In this document: in pieces, positions 11,801 through 23,426 of the stretch
How positions within the stretch are numbered: the first letter of the stretch is position 1
How the letters are laid out: every line of letters starts with the position of its first letter
Source of the DNA: Phallusia mammillata
Lineage: Eukaryota
DNA: 64,000 nucleotides
Direction: 5' to 3'
Assembly (NCBI GenBank): GCA_965637545.1
Contig: OZ281498.1
Location: 4,588,001 to 4,652,000, forward strand
The notes under the pieces: model-generated
The model's input: the letters and a program-made list of their open reading frames with translations, nothing else
What the model was told of the DNA's origin: nothing
Database searches by the model: none
Translations under genes and position numbers: made by a program

Positions 11801-13625
11801 CAAGTTTAGCTGGCTGCAAGACTAGAAATGGATGGTTGTTGTTTGTCCAATACATACACTTCAGATCCTTTTGAACCTTTTTCATTTTCTGTTTGAAGAA
11901 ATAAAATTATTTCCTCTTTAAAGCACCGCATGATGCATGCTGTTTTAACTTTAAACAGCATAAAAACAAACCAAAAACCTGGTAAATAGCAATTAAATGA
12001 TATTAACTCATATAGTTATATAGATGAATCTGGTTAACATCAAATTCAATGTGCTTCAAAGTTTCTTTCTTGCCAGACTACTTGGTTAGCATTATAACAG
12101 ACCATCATATAGGATTCACTACGCGATTAAACAGAATGTAGAACCAGCCAAATGGTATGTAACTAACTTCTTCGCACTTTTTTCGGTCAAATCAGCCTTT
12201 AAATGTAAACTTACTTTTAAATGTGAAGGATTGTAATCGTTTCGGCAAAGTCGTTTGAATAACTGCTTTGCTTTATCATCGAATACAGGTGGTTTTTCAT
12301 CTTCACTGTAGTTTGTTTTTTTATCCCCATTCAGTTGATGTCTGAACAATAAGTATTTAAAAGTTTTAAATAAATAAATTTAAATTAAAACCATCAGGTG
12401 AATTATTTTTGTTACTTGTCAGTTACTTTGTAGTGTTGTCTTTGTGATCTGCTGTCTTCAAGATGTTTACACGAGTGTTCATGAGTTGTTTCTGCGCAAA
12501 ATGGTTTATGTACGGTGCATTTAGTGGTGGAAACATTTAAAGACAAGGAAAACCTACTTCTACTTTACAACGTTTTAGATGGTCGAAGACTTCCAACCCT
12601 GATATGACTTGTTCATCACCTCTACGCAAAACTTCGTTCATCCAAGATATGCAATGACCATCTTTCTTTTCTAAACCCGCAGTTCGACCAATTTCAAAGC
12701 AGTCAACAACGCTTAGATTTTGATTTGGTCTGGCCCCTAATCACACATGTAATACTTAAACAAACAGATCAAAGTATGTAATCTCTTTAGGGTGAACTTC
12801 AAGCCACCTTTTACTATGCCATCAGCGAGATCGCGGAAATCAAGACGATAAGTATTCTGCAGTCTTATAATAGCTTTTGCCGAGCCTGTCACATCTTCTT
12901 CCTTTGGAAAACGTTTGCGTTTTTTCGAAAAGTATTTCAAAAAATCTGTGAACAAAATTGAAGGCGAACGGAAAATAAAACTTTAGCTGTTACATTATCA
13001 CCAAACCTTTCTTGGTGGAGAAAGAATCGTCTTCAACCAAATCGTTTATTAGAAGCCATTGTTTTGTAAATCTTTTGACGAGATGATACTGGTTTATCGG
13101 GTGCCCGAGATACGTTTCAACATCGCTATCAGCATGTACCGACGCTTTTCGAATATTTTCCGCCAACCTAATAATAGATATACATCCCAGGTTTGTTGGA
13201 TTACCGTATATCTCACAAAATAACTGGCACTCGAATAACTCTACTTATATATATATTTACGTTCAAAACTAGCTGTTACATCTAAACCGCACTGTTTGGA
13301 AAATAAATTTCAAAGCAGCACAGTTTTATGAAAAAAGGCACCATGGTTATGTTAGCAACCACTATATGTCATGTTGGGCATAAAAATCTAATTCTAAACA
13401 TCATTTAAAAAACACCATTTACCTTTCTACCCTACTCAATTTGTCTCTTTCGGAAATAATGTATTTATCCAAAGACGCAAGAAGTTTTAGCTCATCATGG
13501 ACCAAATCTTCCATCTGACCAACGGATGAAAACCATTCTCCTTGACAAATACTTGTAAACGATGTGACAACAATGATCAAATAAAACATAGTCCAAAGTT
13601 GTTTCTCCTGAGAAAAATTCGACAT
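8852..13625 (-). CDS. P4HA: Prolyl 4-hydroxylase alpha subunit, diverged paralog (copy A)
   Basis: Approximate exons: 13625-13423 (EWFSSVGQMEDLV; the ATG at 13589 may be the real start), 13167-13007 (YLGHPINQYHLVKR), 12945-12808, 12736-12558, ~12490-12427, ~12342-12217, ~11885-11707 (CMYWTNNNHPFLVLQPAKLEE), ~11141-10970 (YRISKSAW), ~10598-10540 (VANYGIGGYYAPHCDF), ~10469-10414, ~10151-9986 (HAACPVLTGVKW), ~8950-8852. The Fe ligands HxD...H and the 2-OG Lys are present. Confidence 0.9.
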
Positions 13626-14120
13626 AGCTTTTTGTCACAAAACCAGTCAATCATTTCACACAACTGACCTTTAGTAAAACGACTTTATCTTCGTAAAAGG
13701 CCTACGACCAGCTCCACTAAACGCTAGTAACAAGTTACATGATGCTTTCATGGCAGTTTAAAAAAATAAATCATTCGTTACAGCGGTACATAGTGTTAAG
13801 CTCGTTAGCTTAAGGGCTCTATCGTATGGCGTCTATATCCGGAACAACGGACGACAACAGTTATTTCTTCCTGTGCGTGCCACGATCATAGAATCAGTTT
13901 ACGACACATGGATGTCTGTTGAGAGTTACTTTTTATGGTATTATTCATAGGGCATTGATGGTATTGGTGTCTGACCTCAAAAGAAGTTGAAACTCCTTTC
14001 TTAAGAGCACGTGTGCAAATTTCGGGTGTCAGTTATGCCATATAGGCGTTTGTTGCTAGAGAGGCGTATATCTTCGGTATATGTCATTTATTAGCCGTTT
14101 CGGTTAATCTACTCTATAAC

Positions 14121-15136
14121 CAGTGCTGGATTAACCTATAAGCAATATAAGCACGTGCTTAGGGCATCAAGTATAGGAGGGGCACCACAGAAATGGTTTC
14201 TAGGTAAATTATTACATCTAACAAAAAACTACAATTGTATTCAAAATGTAATGAAAAAGTTCTGTTTATAAAGCGAGAAAATAAAATAACTGACAAAAGA
14301 AATTGATTGCGTGCTATATGACGTAACAACGTTGCGTTGTTCTGTTTGTTAAAACCCAAAAAGACTCGGGTCCCCAACCCGTCGATCGCGATCGACTGGT
14401 CGATCTCGGACTGATATAAAGTCGATCGCGAGGGATTCAGAATATTATTTTTGTAATTTGTTTTGTAATGCGTTTTTACGGAATGTTGCCCTATACATAG
14501 ATGACATTATTGTGAAAGTTAATCATTAGGATTTGTTGACAAGTTCACATAACAAATACTCAGCAGGCGCTTTGTTGCGTCATAAAAGTAATAGTAATTG
14601 CTATGTTGTCTTTCACCAAGCGAAATAAACTCAACTCAACTCAACTCAGTTACAGTATTAATGGCTACTTTGTGCTGGTACTTTTTCTGTTCCCAAGATT
14701 AGCATTGGATAAATTATAAAAAATTAAGTTTAATGCAGTAAAAAAGTCACACCCAAACCACGATACAAAACGTAAAACAGGGCCCGGAAAACCCTAGTTC
14801 TCCTTTGGTAATGCACACATATTCTTGCATTATATTGTTAGTTTGTATTGGAATGGTATTTTTTTACAATTGGGCAACAGTGCTGAGACTGGGAAAGGCA
14901 GCAAAATTAGGCGTTTTGGTTTGAATTTTGGAGTATTTCTGACATTCTGAAACAAATCTGCAAGTTTAATATCAGCTAAGCTACTAGTCTATTACCCTTG
15001 CTGTATATTATGTTGAAATCGAAATCTCGATGAATAGTTTTGTTTTTGTTTCGTTTATATTTCAAATTAAAAATGATGTAAGGGGCACCAAATTGTTTTA
15101 GTGCTTAGGGCCTCTAATGGTGTTAATCCGGCCCTG
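14121..15136. mobile_element. hAT-type non-autonomous element (~1 kb) containing a nested MITE end
   Basis: TIRs CAGTGCTGGATTAAC / GTTAATCCGGCCCTG. Perfect 8-bp TSD TCTATAAC at 14113-14120 and 15137-15144. An internal GGTCCCCAACCCGTCGATCGCGATCGAC (~14369) resembles the left end of another MITE. Confidence 0.85.
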
Positions 15137-15548
15137 TCTATAACTTATGTGTAATTTCGTTCTTTTTCAAATCAAAACCAATGAAAGTTTACGACATGTT
15201 TTATAGGACTTTTTTTAAATCGAAGCCAATGGAAGTCTACGACATGCTTTGTTTTAATAAATTGAAGTCGGTGTACTTTGCAGCTACTCAGTTACATTGG
15301 TATGTTAACAATAGCAAACTTGCGTTGATGAACCAATAAATTAAAAAAACTTGACACCATTAGTCGGAGTTATCCATAATTTTATTTCGATGCTGCAATT
15401 GCGATGGCAAAACTTATACGAGTAAAAGGGGCATAGAAGGCAAAATACGTGCAAGCACTGCTACATTATGTACTGTGTGTTCAACAAAAAGCTCTCTTAG
15501 GAGCCGAATACTGCCACTGGAAGGTATAAAAATGTACGAAATCCAAAA

Positions 15549-18500
15549 TTAAAAAATGCGATTGTCTGCGGTCATTGTTCTGCCACAAGTTCTCCTGAAT
15601 TCTTGGTCCCGTTCATGAATCCATTTGTTGGCCACTGAAACAAATATTTTTGTATTGTTTAGGTTTCCGAAAACACAAACATACAAAACATTAAGCTTAA
15701 ATTACATTTACGACAGTTGTGGCCATCTCCTCTCACCTTTAACTATAAGTAAATATAGGGATGGGCCGAGCCGAGCCAGAACCCGAGTACTCGGTACCGA
15801 GCATCGCTGTTTTTAATGCTCGGTGCTCGGCCGAGCAATTGCACAAACTGACCCGAGCGAGTGATTTTTCAAACGCACTTGATGGTGGAAAAACCCGTAC
15901 TTTATGGGCTTGTACAGCTTAATAAAACACCGCCGGTGACGTAAGAAGCCTTGTAGAGCTAAAACGTAGAAAGGGGATTTTTTTGTAACGTCATAATGCA
16001 CCGAGCGTGCTCGGCCGAGCATTAAAGTGAGATGCTCGTGCTCAACCAAACAGAACATTTGCAGTTTTGGCCCATCCCTAAGTAAATGGAAATGTAATTG
16101 GAGAAATAAATGAAGATATTTAGACGAAGCAGTTGCATTAAAAAGGTTGCTCATACCTGAAGTAATACAGCACTACATATTTAAGGTACAACTGTTCACT
16201 GATTAGAATTACCTTCGATTTCAATGGTTACAATTGTCAGCCTCATAAACTTCATACAGAATGGTCCTGGAAGATATTATAAATACAACTGCAAGCATCC
16301 TTCTTTTCTTCAGTGACTTGACTTGCTTTTTTTGCTCTATCATACCTTCACATTTGCTTATTCATTTATCAGTAGATTGCTTATTCAAGACAACTCATTT
16401 TAACTTCTGCGTAGGTGTTCTTTACACGAGTTGTATCTGCTACCAAATACTTTCAATCGTCTTTTACCCATACCTAATTGACGCCGCCGTCAACCAAGGG
16501 TATGTTCTTTAAGCAGTACATTTACACTCTACGCTATTGCCTCTGACTGTACGGAGTTAGGAATCGAATTTGCAATACTGAACGGTTTTTGGCGGAACGC
16601 TAGACAGCCGTGCTACCTATGAAACAGGTTGGTCTTTAAACTGTAAATTTCCCTTCAACCACATTGCGGTAATACAAAGGTTTTATATTTGCCTGTGGGC
16701 TAAAAGCTGATAATTTACCAACACATTTTGAACTAACTTAAAACTGGTGCTGACGAACGTACTTTGCTCTTTAAGCTGAAGATATACCTCCAAGCTAAAT
16801 CTTTCACGATTCAGCTAATGCATTTGCATACGAGCAACATCGAAGAAAAAGCAACACTGTTGTAATATAAATACAGAATTCACTTACCCCATTTCACTCC
16901 GGTGAGCACAGGACATGCGGCGTGCCTTGTACGTGAATCTCCTTCACCAGAGGGATAGAGATTGTACCAAAACACCGCGCTGCCTTTGATCGGTCGAACC
17001 CCGATTTCCGGGTGTAGAAACACTGTGCTGCCTCCATGTTCAACGTCGCTTAACTAATAAATAACGAGATCAGTTAAAGCTAGATGTAATGTACACTTCA
17101 GCATAAACGGGTCTGGTTAATATAAGGGTCTTAATGGGGATTTTAACTACTCACACATTTTCTTTGCCTTCTAATTTTTGCTTGTTACATTGCTTTAAAC
17201 CAGCAATTCTCAAACTGGGGTCCGCGGTCCTATCGGGGTCCGCCACGTGATTTCAGAGGGACCGCGAGGAGCTTAAAGTATTTCTACAATCTTACGTAAT
17301 ATCAGATCTTGCGAGTGTATACGCAACAAAGTGGTCCATTGCTTCATTTTTAAGTTTGATTAAAAAGTTTGAGAACCGCTGCTTTAAACAATGTAAACAA
17401 TTCATTAAAAGTTAAGCACTCAACCAACAAATCGTTACCAGCTTTATGATTTCATAATGTTTTAATCAAGAAACAAAACTTTTAAAACTTACATAAAAAA
17501 GAAATGTTGCAATTCTGTTTCCAATATCATCTTCAAATTTTCCAACATCTGATTTCTAAAAATGCAAAATGTCACGAATTACTGCTACATAAGGCTTTTG
17601 TTAACATGCCTGACATACAGACACATACCCATCTTACCCTTGAGTAATCGTAATGTGGCTCATACTGCCCACCCACACCATAATTGGCAATCTAAAAAAA
17701 TAATTTAGGACATGAAAATAAATTAGTCAAATCATTTTTACTGTCCTACAGATTTTCTGCTTTATTGCTGCAGTTGTTCACCACAACAAACTTTTCAGAT
17801 AATTCATTAAAAGGGTTACCTGCAGCTCTTCAGCAGTAACCATTGACAAACCAGTTATGGCGGAGATTCTTTGGCTCACAGTAGCCACAGTTGTGTCTTC
17901 CCAGTCTTTAATCCATGCACTTTTGCTTACACGATATCGTGCATGTTCTAGAACACCGGTTTGAGGATTTTGAACTGTTGCACGATTCAGCTACCAGAAA
18001 ATGTATTAACCAATGATTAGGATTGTTAGTTATTACATAAATACAGCTGTACCAAAAGTGACAAATACAAACTATTTCATATTTTACTGCCACAATTTTA
18101 CAGGTTTTTATGACTTTAAAAGTGAACATACTCTTGGTTTTGCCATTGCTTTAATTTGAGCAATTTCTTGATCAGATAAGACATCATGAAACCGAACTAA
18201 ATGTGGGGATGGCCACAGTTCCTCGAGTTTTGCTGGCTGCAAGATGAGCAAGGGATGATTGTTGTTTGTCCAATATTTACACTTTAGCTTTTTTTCCACT
18301 TTCTTATTCTGTTAAAATAGTTTTGTTGATTAGGTGAAGAGGAAAACTTGTGTAAAGAAGGACCACATACATATTTAGACGTGTCCTTACGACAAAGCCG
18401 CTCATACAGTTCCCGCTCTGGCAAGTTACCAAAATTTGGTTTTTGTAAGGCTGAGGAAAATTGGGATGATCTGTCATCGCCATTGTCACCTTTTTTATGT

Positions 18501-19564
18501 GCACCCATTTGATTTCTAAACAAAAACAAATTTGTTTAAACCATGGCTGTAAATAACTAAAAAAAACTGCCAACTTTTACCTGTAATATGCATGATTACT
18601 TTGGATCCTTTCATGGTAGGGATCTAACTCTAACATCTCAGAGGTAATTTCATATGCTCTCTGTATATTACCTTGCTGAACAAGCAACATATAAAAATTA
18701 AACAGTGGTAACTGTAATCTATCTTTACAGAAGTATACACACCTGTGCAACACAATAAGCCAGATGATCTAACACATCAAATTTAGACAGACTTTTAAGA
18801 TCATCTTTAAGTAGAGCTTCATTCATCCACAAAACACAATGGTAAAAATCCTTTTCAAGGTAAGCAGTTCGCCCAATGTCAAAACAATCCACAGCGGTTA
18901 GTGTCTGGCTTGCTTTTGATCCTTTTTTTAAAAAAATACATCATGAAACACAAAAACTGTAGTATATAATGTGCAAGTTAAAAACCTTTTACGATGCCTT
19001 CAGCCAAATCATGTGTATCAAGTTTGTATGTGTCCTGAAGTCTCATGATAGCTTCCGCAGATCCTTTGACGTCATCAGCATTTGGAAAATGAGCTCGTTT
19101 TATTGACAAATTTGTTAAAAACACTGTTAAAAGAAAATAATTAGAACACAGTCTTACTTTTATCACGAGAATTACTCTACAAACCATCAGTTACATCTTC
19201 CATAACCAAATTTTCCATGTGGGACCATTCAGAAACCAGTCTTTGAACAAGGCGATACTGATTAACTGGGTGACCAAGGTAGCGATCCATATTACTGCTA
19301 GCATGTTCAGTTACTTTCTTGAAGTTTTCTGCCAAGCTGGAAAACGTGCTTTTGGTTACAAACATGCAATTAAGAAGAAATGTTAACATTTTACCTTCTG
19401 ACTCTATTTAATTTGTTTTCTTCTGCTTTAATGTACTCATTCAGTGACTTCAGTAGATCCAATTCATCATAAACTAGATCTTCCATTTGTCCAAGCGAGG
19501 AAAACCATTCCGCTTGGCAGATGCTTAAAAATGCACACAACACTGGCAACTTTAAAGAAAACAT
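15549..19564 (-). CDS. P4HA: Prolyl 4-hydroxylase alpha subunit, canonical paralog (copy B)
   Basis: MFSLKLPVLCAFLSICQA|EWFSSLGQMEDLV signal peptide and N-terminus. YLGHPVNQYRLV. TPR exons LTAVDCFDIGRTAYLEKDFYHCVLWMNEAL and QGNIQRAYEITSEMLELDPYHERIQSN. Catalytic IANYGVGGQYEPHYD, GNRIATFLFY and RHAACPVLTGVKWVANKWIHERDQEFRRTC. The intron positions match copy A. Confidence 0.93.
15756..16080. mobile_element. Ac-like hAT MITE in the last intron of P4HA copy B
   Basis: TIRs TAGGGATGGGCC / GGCCCATCCCTA, resembling the Ac TAGGGATG end. TSD AGTAAATA / AGTAAATG (7/8). Many subterminal CCGAGC / GCTCGG repeats. Confidence 0.85.
17201..17381. mobile_element. Short hAT MITE in a P4HA copy B intron
   Basis: TIRs CAGCAATTCTCAAACT / AGTTTGAGAACCGCTG. 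Perfect TSD CTTTAAAC at 17193-17200 and 17382-17389. Confidence 0.88.
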
Positions 19565-19769
19565 TTTTTGTGGAAAGCACAAAAGTCACTGCAAAAAGTC
19601 ATAAAATAGATTGTCAGAAAGGATATCATCTAAGCCAACCACAGCCTGTGTTATGCTTGTGCATCACTGATATACAGCTAATAACAAAACCTCAATAAAA
19701 ATATAAAATACTGTGAACGTGACAAATTACACTACAGCTGATCAACGTGTGTTCTCTTTATACGCACCG

Positions 19770-20300
19770 ATGCTTCGATCGAGAAATTTCGTGCCTTCTT
19801 CTCTTTTAGCATATTTGTCTAAGTTTTCGAGACTGACTTCCCGTCGGCTGGAAAGACTGCTACAAAACGCTTCCAGCTGAGCTGCGAAAAATCACAAGTT
19901 ATGAAAATTGGCGCGTACTGTGGGAGTGACAATTGTCTGTCACGTAGACACACGCACGTGTGACACAACAAAACGGCATTGTCGAAACTCAGGGAGCGCA
20001 CAGCGTTTTTACTACCGTATTGTCGATCGCTTTGTAAAATCTTGACATATACGTACACAAATATTTTTTTGTATGTTTATATTAGTACATTTTTACGTAC
20101 CATAACGGATCAAGTTTTATGTACCATAACCGATTATAATTTCGACGATTATTAGCGACACATGTTAACAACCAGTGTTCAGTCTGTGGACACAAGGTGG
20201 CGACAAATTTGGTTAGTTGAATGTTTATATTGCAGTGTTTCAATTTTCAAGTTCATTTAACATCAGCTGAGGTTTTGCGAGGTTAAATTTGTGTGTCATT
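19770..20300. promoter_or_regulatory. Putative bidirectional promoter between P4HA copy B and FMO
   Basis: The head-to-head start codons are only ~780 bp apart (19564 and 20341). A candidate 5' UTR donor for P4HA lies at ~19769. TACGTG (minus strand, 19941-19946) and CACGTG (19955-19960) motifs are present. Confidence 0.45.
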
Positions 20301-20340
20301 GGTAAGCTAACCGCAAATTATTCTGCTAACTGCAGTACAA

Positions 20341-23300
20341 ATGCAACGAATTGCTGTGATAGGTGCAGGGGCAGCAGGTACTGTACATAAAATTTAAATG
20401 TCTGTTACTAATGTGAAATGGTTGAAATTTGAAACGATGTAAATTTAAATGCCATGATATTGCAGGGCTTTGTGCTGCTCGTCTTCTTTCAGCAGAAAAG
20501 AACTTTGAAACTGTTGTTTTTGAATCAACCAACCATGTTGGTGGAACATGGTTTTACATCGATGAAACAAAGTCCGACAAAAATGGATTGGTGATTCATT
20601 CCTCAATGTACAAAAATTTAAGGTACATTAAGATATTTTACAACTGTTGATATTAACTCCATGTAAAAAGTTTTTAGTGACAAAACATGATACATTAATT
20701 GGGTTGTGTATGTGAAAACCAATGTCTGTCTAGTATTCAAGTTGAAATTTGTGACCTCTGATTACTTTTCTTAAATTGTAGAACAAATCTACCCAAGCAA
20801 GTTATGGCTTTTCCAGGGTACAAGTTTAATGATGATTTACCCTCATTTCTGCCGCATAAGGATGTTTTAAAGTATTTGCAAGATTTCTCAATGCATTTTG
20901 ATATACATAAACTTATCAAGGTATTTTGTGTATTGGTAGCTTTACTTTATCAATGTAAATGTGTAACAATACAAATTTATTATTTTAGTTCAATACGCTA
21001 GTTGAAAATGTTCAAGTCATTTCCAAAGATGATTGTTCAGAAACACAATTTCCCAAGTTCAATATTACTTACTTGAATTTATCAACTAAAAAGCAAACCA
21101 GTGAAGAGTTTGACGGTGTAATGGTATGCAATGGGTAGGTCACAAAAATTGATGAAACTAAAGTTTAACAAAAGTCACCAGTCATATACATTTATTACAT
21201 CGTCCATGGTGAATAAGTAAAAAGCCTGTTTATATATATGCTTTACCTGAATAAAATACATATTTGACAGTATTTGGTAATATTGTTTTGGTGGTTGTCG
21301 GACAGAAATGAAATTATAGTTGTTCGTATTGAAACATTGTTTGGAAATAAACAGTTTTGAGTATGTTTCCTGTAAAAAGCCATGGTGACTAAAATCTGCA
21401 ATCCAGCCATCTTTATTGTAAATGGCAACTGGCATGTCTACTGTTTTACAGGCATTATTTCAAGCCGCACATTCCACACTTTCCTGGAAAGGAAATGTTT
21501 CAAGGAAAAGTATTGCATAGCCATGAATACAGAATTCCTGAAGATTTTTCAGGAATGGATGTAGTTGTTTTGGGCGCTAGGTCATCTGGGACTGACATAG
21601 CAATTGAAATTAGCAAAGTAGCAAAAAGTGTTATTTTATCTCACAAAAATTCTGTTCTTGCTCCTCCCTTTCCTGATAATGTGCTGCAGGTGATTGCAAC
21701 TTGTTAAAAAACACTTTTGCATATACTTAAATGCTTTGTTTGTGAATTGTTTGTTCATCTATGCTTGGTAGAAAAAACCTCAATGTTTCATGTCCATAAT
21801 AAGCATGTCCTAAGTTACCTACCTTCTCGCAAATCTGTTGCATTATTGTTTATTCGATGTTTTAATTTTAAGGGAGTTGGTGCCTTTATTTAGTTCAGTT
21901 AGTTTCAAGATCCTGTTTCCAACATATAAGCTGAGAATGAATTGACCCAATTTTGACATAGCATTCCAAATTAATTGGCGCCACTATTTTTGGTTTACTT
22001 TTTCTGTCAGCTAAATAATCAATGATCTAATTACAACCATTACCAAATGACTGGCTATTGACTACAGTTGGAGTGAACTACAGTAATTTATTGAAATAAA
22101 TGATCTAATTACAACCATTACCAAATGACTGGCTATTGACTTTTTTCTCCTTTGCAAATATTCGTTGCATGTATTCCCCAGTATATATACTGTAAATTAA
22201 TATGTTTATTTTGCAGAAAGTTTGTGTTGCGAGATTTGGGAAAAATGAAGTTCAATTTGCAGATGGGACAACACATAATTGTGATGCATTTGTGTTTTGC
22301 ACCGGTTATGAGTACTCTTTTCCATTCTTTAAGACAGACAAAATTGTTACCACAAATGGAGGCAGAATTTGTCCATTGTTTAAACATCTCATACATATTA
22401 ATTATCCCAACCTGTCGTTCATCGGTATATGTCAAACAATATGTCCGTTTCCACAATTTCACTGTCAGGTATTTGCTTCAACTTTTGATCTAAATTTGCT
22501 TGTTGAATAGTTATTAAACATACCATCCCATGCGTTTTATTTAGGTTCGTTTCGCCATACAAGTGTTAAATGGCAAAATGAAGTTGCCTTCGACGGAGGA
22601 AATGCTAGCGGATGAGCAAGCTGATTACGAAAAACGTTTGCAGGAAGGCTTACCTCACAGGTATAACACTTTGTACAAATAATTATTTTGTTAGCGTGCA
22701 CGTCGACGCAACCAACATAAACATAACAACATATTTTTCAAAAACACGGCGTTAGAAAAACGAAAGCCAGCACTTTCCAACTGGGGCGTTTCGAAAATTT
22801 CGACATGTTACCATGGGCCGCGTGAGGGTGGTGCAACTGCACCAAAGCCACAAAGGGCAATTGTGTACAAAATATTTTGTCGTTGCTTTGAAGCCGAAAC
22901 AATATTTTCCTGTTGCTCAGTATGCCATTTTAAATTTCTAGTTTTTGAAACAAATTAAAGTTTTCCCTTACTTGTTAAATAGCCTTTGAAGGGGCCCAGA
23001 AAGTTCTCGATAGGGCAATTGGGAAAACCAGATTTACCCCTTTTTAAAGAAAAACTCAATTGAAATATCCACCTGTTATTAATGTGACGCCACAGCTGTT
23101 CAAGCTGGATAAGGTTGAAACCCACTGATTTAAACAACTTTTGTCCCCTCCATCCGAATTTTGTTTTGTATTCTATGTTTAAAATATAAAAAAACGAAAA
23201 TTCACTTATCGTTTTAAGAGCTGCACACCTGTTGGGACCAAAACAATGGGAATATAACAACGACCTTTCTGATTTATGCGGTGAACCCCGAATACCCGAC

Positions 23301-23426
23301 AATGTCCGTTTGCTGTACGATCTCTGCCACCAGCGGCGTTCTTATAACCGTCTACTGTACCGCGAAGATGAGTTCGCGTTGTCTGAGAGCGGCCAGTACT
23401 ATTGCACCAATCTGGATGCTTCATAA
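20341..23426 (+). CDS. FMO: Flavin-containing monooxygenase (class B, FMO family)
   Basis: Exons 20341-20377, 20466-20621, 20781-20920, 20989-21134, 21452-21690, 22218-22468, 22545-22660, ~23219-23426. FAD motif IAVIGAGAAG, GGTW, HSSMYKNLRTNLPK, VCNGHY, FMO signature FQGKVLHSHEY, NADPH motif LGARSSG, FCTGY. Confidence 0.93.
22021..22141. repeat. 43-bp perfect direct repeat (2 copies) in an FMO intron
   Basis: AATGATCTAATTACAACCATTACCAAATGACTGGCTATTGACT at 22021-22063 and 22099-22141. Confidence 0.9.

Noticed and set aside
14121-15136. Autonomous transposase within the 1-kb hAT element or any other element
   Set aside because: No transposase-like ORF is present, so all elements in the window are non-autonomous.
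21440-21480. Possible frameshift at the start of FMO exon 5
   Set aside because: On re-reading, G|G CAT TAT TTC AAG CCG is in frame (GHYFKP). The gene appears intact.
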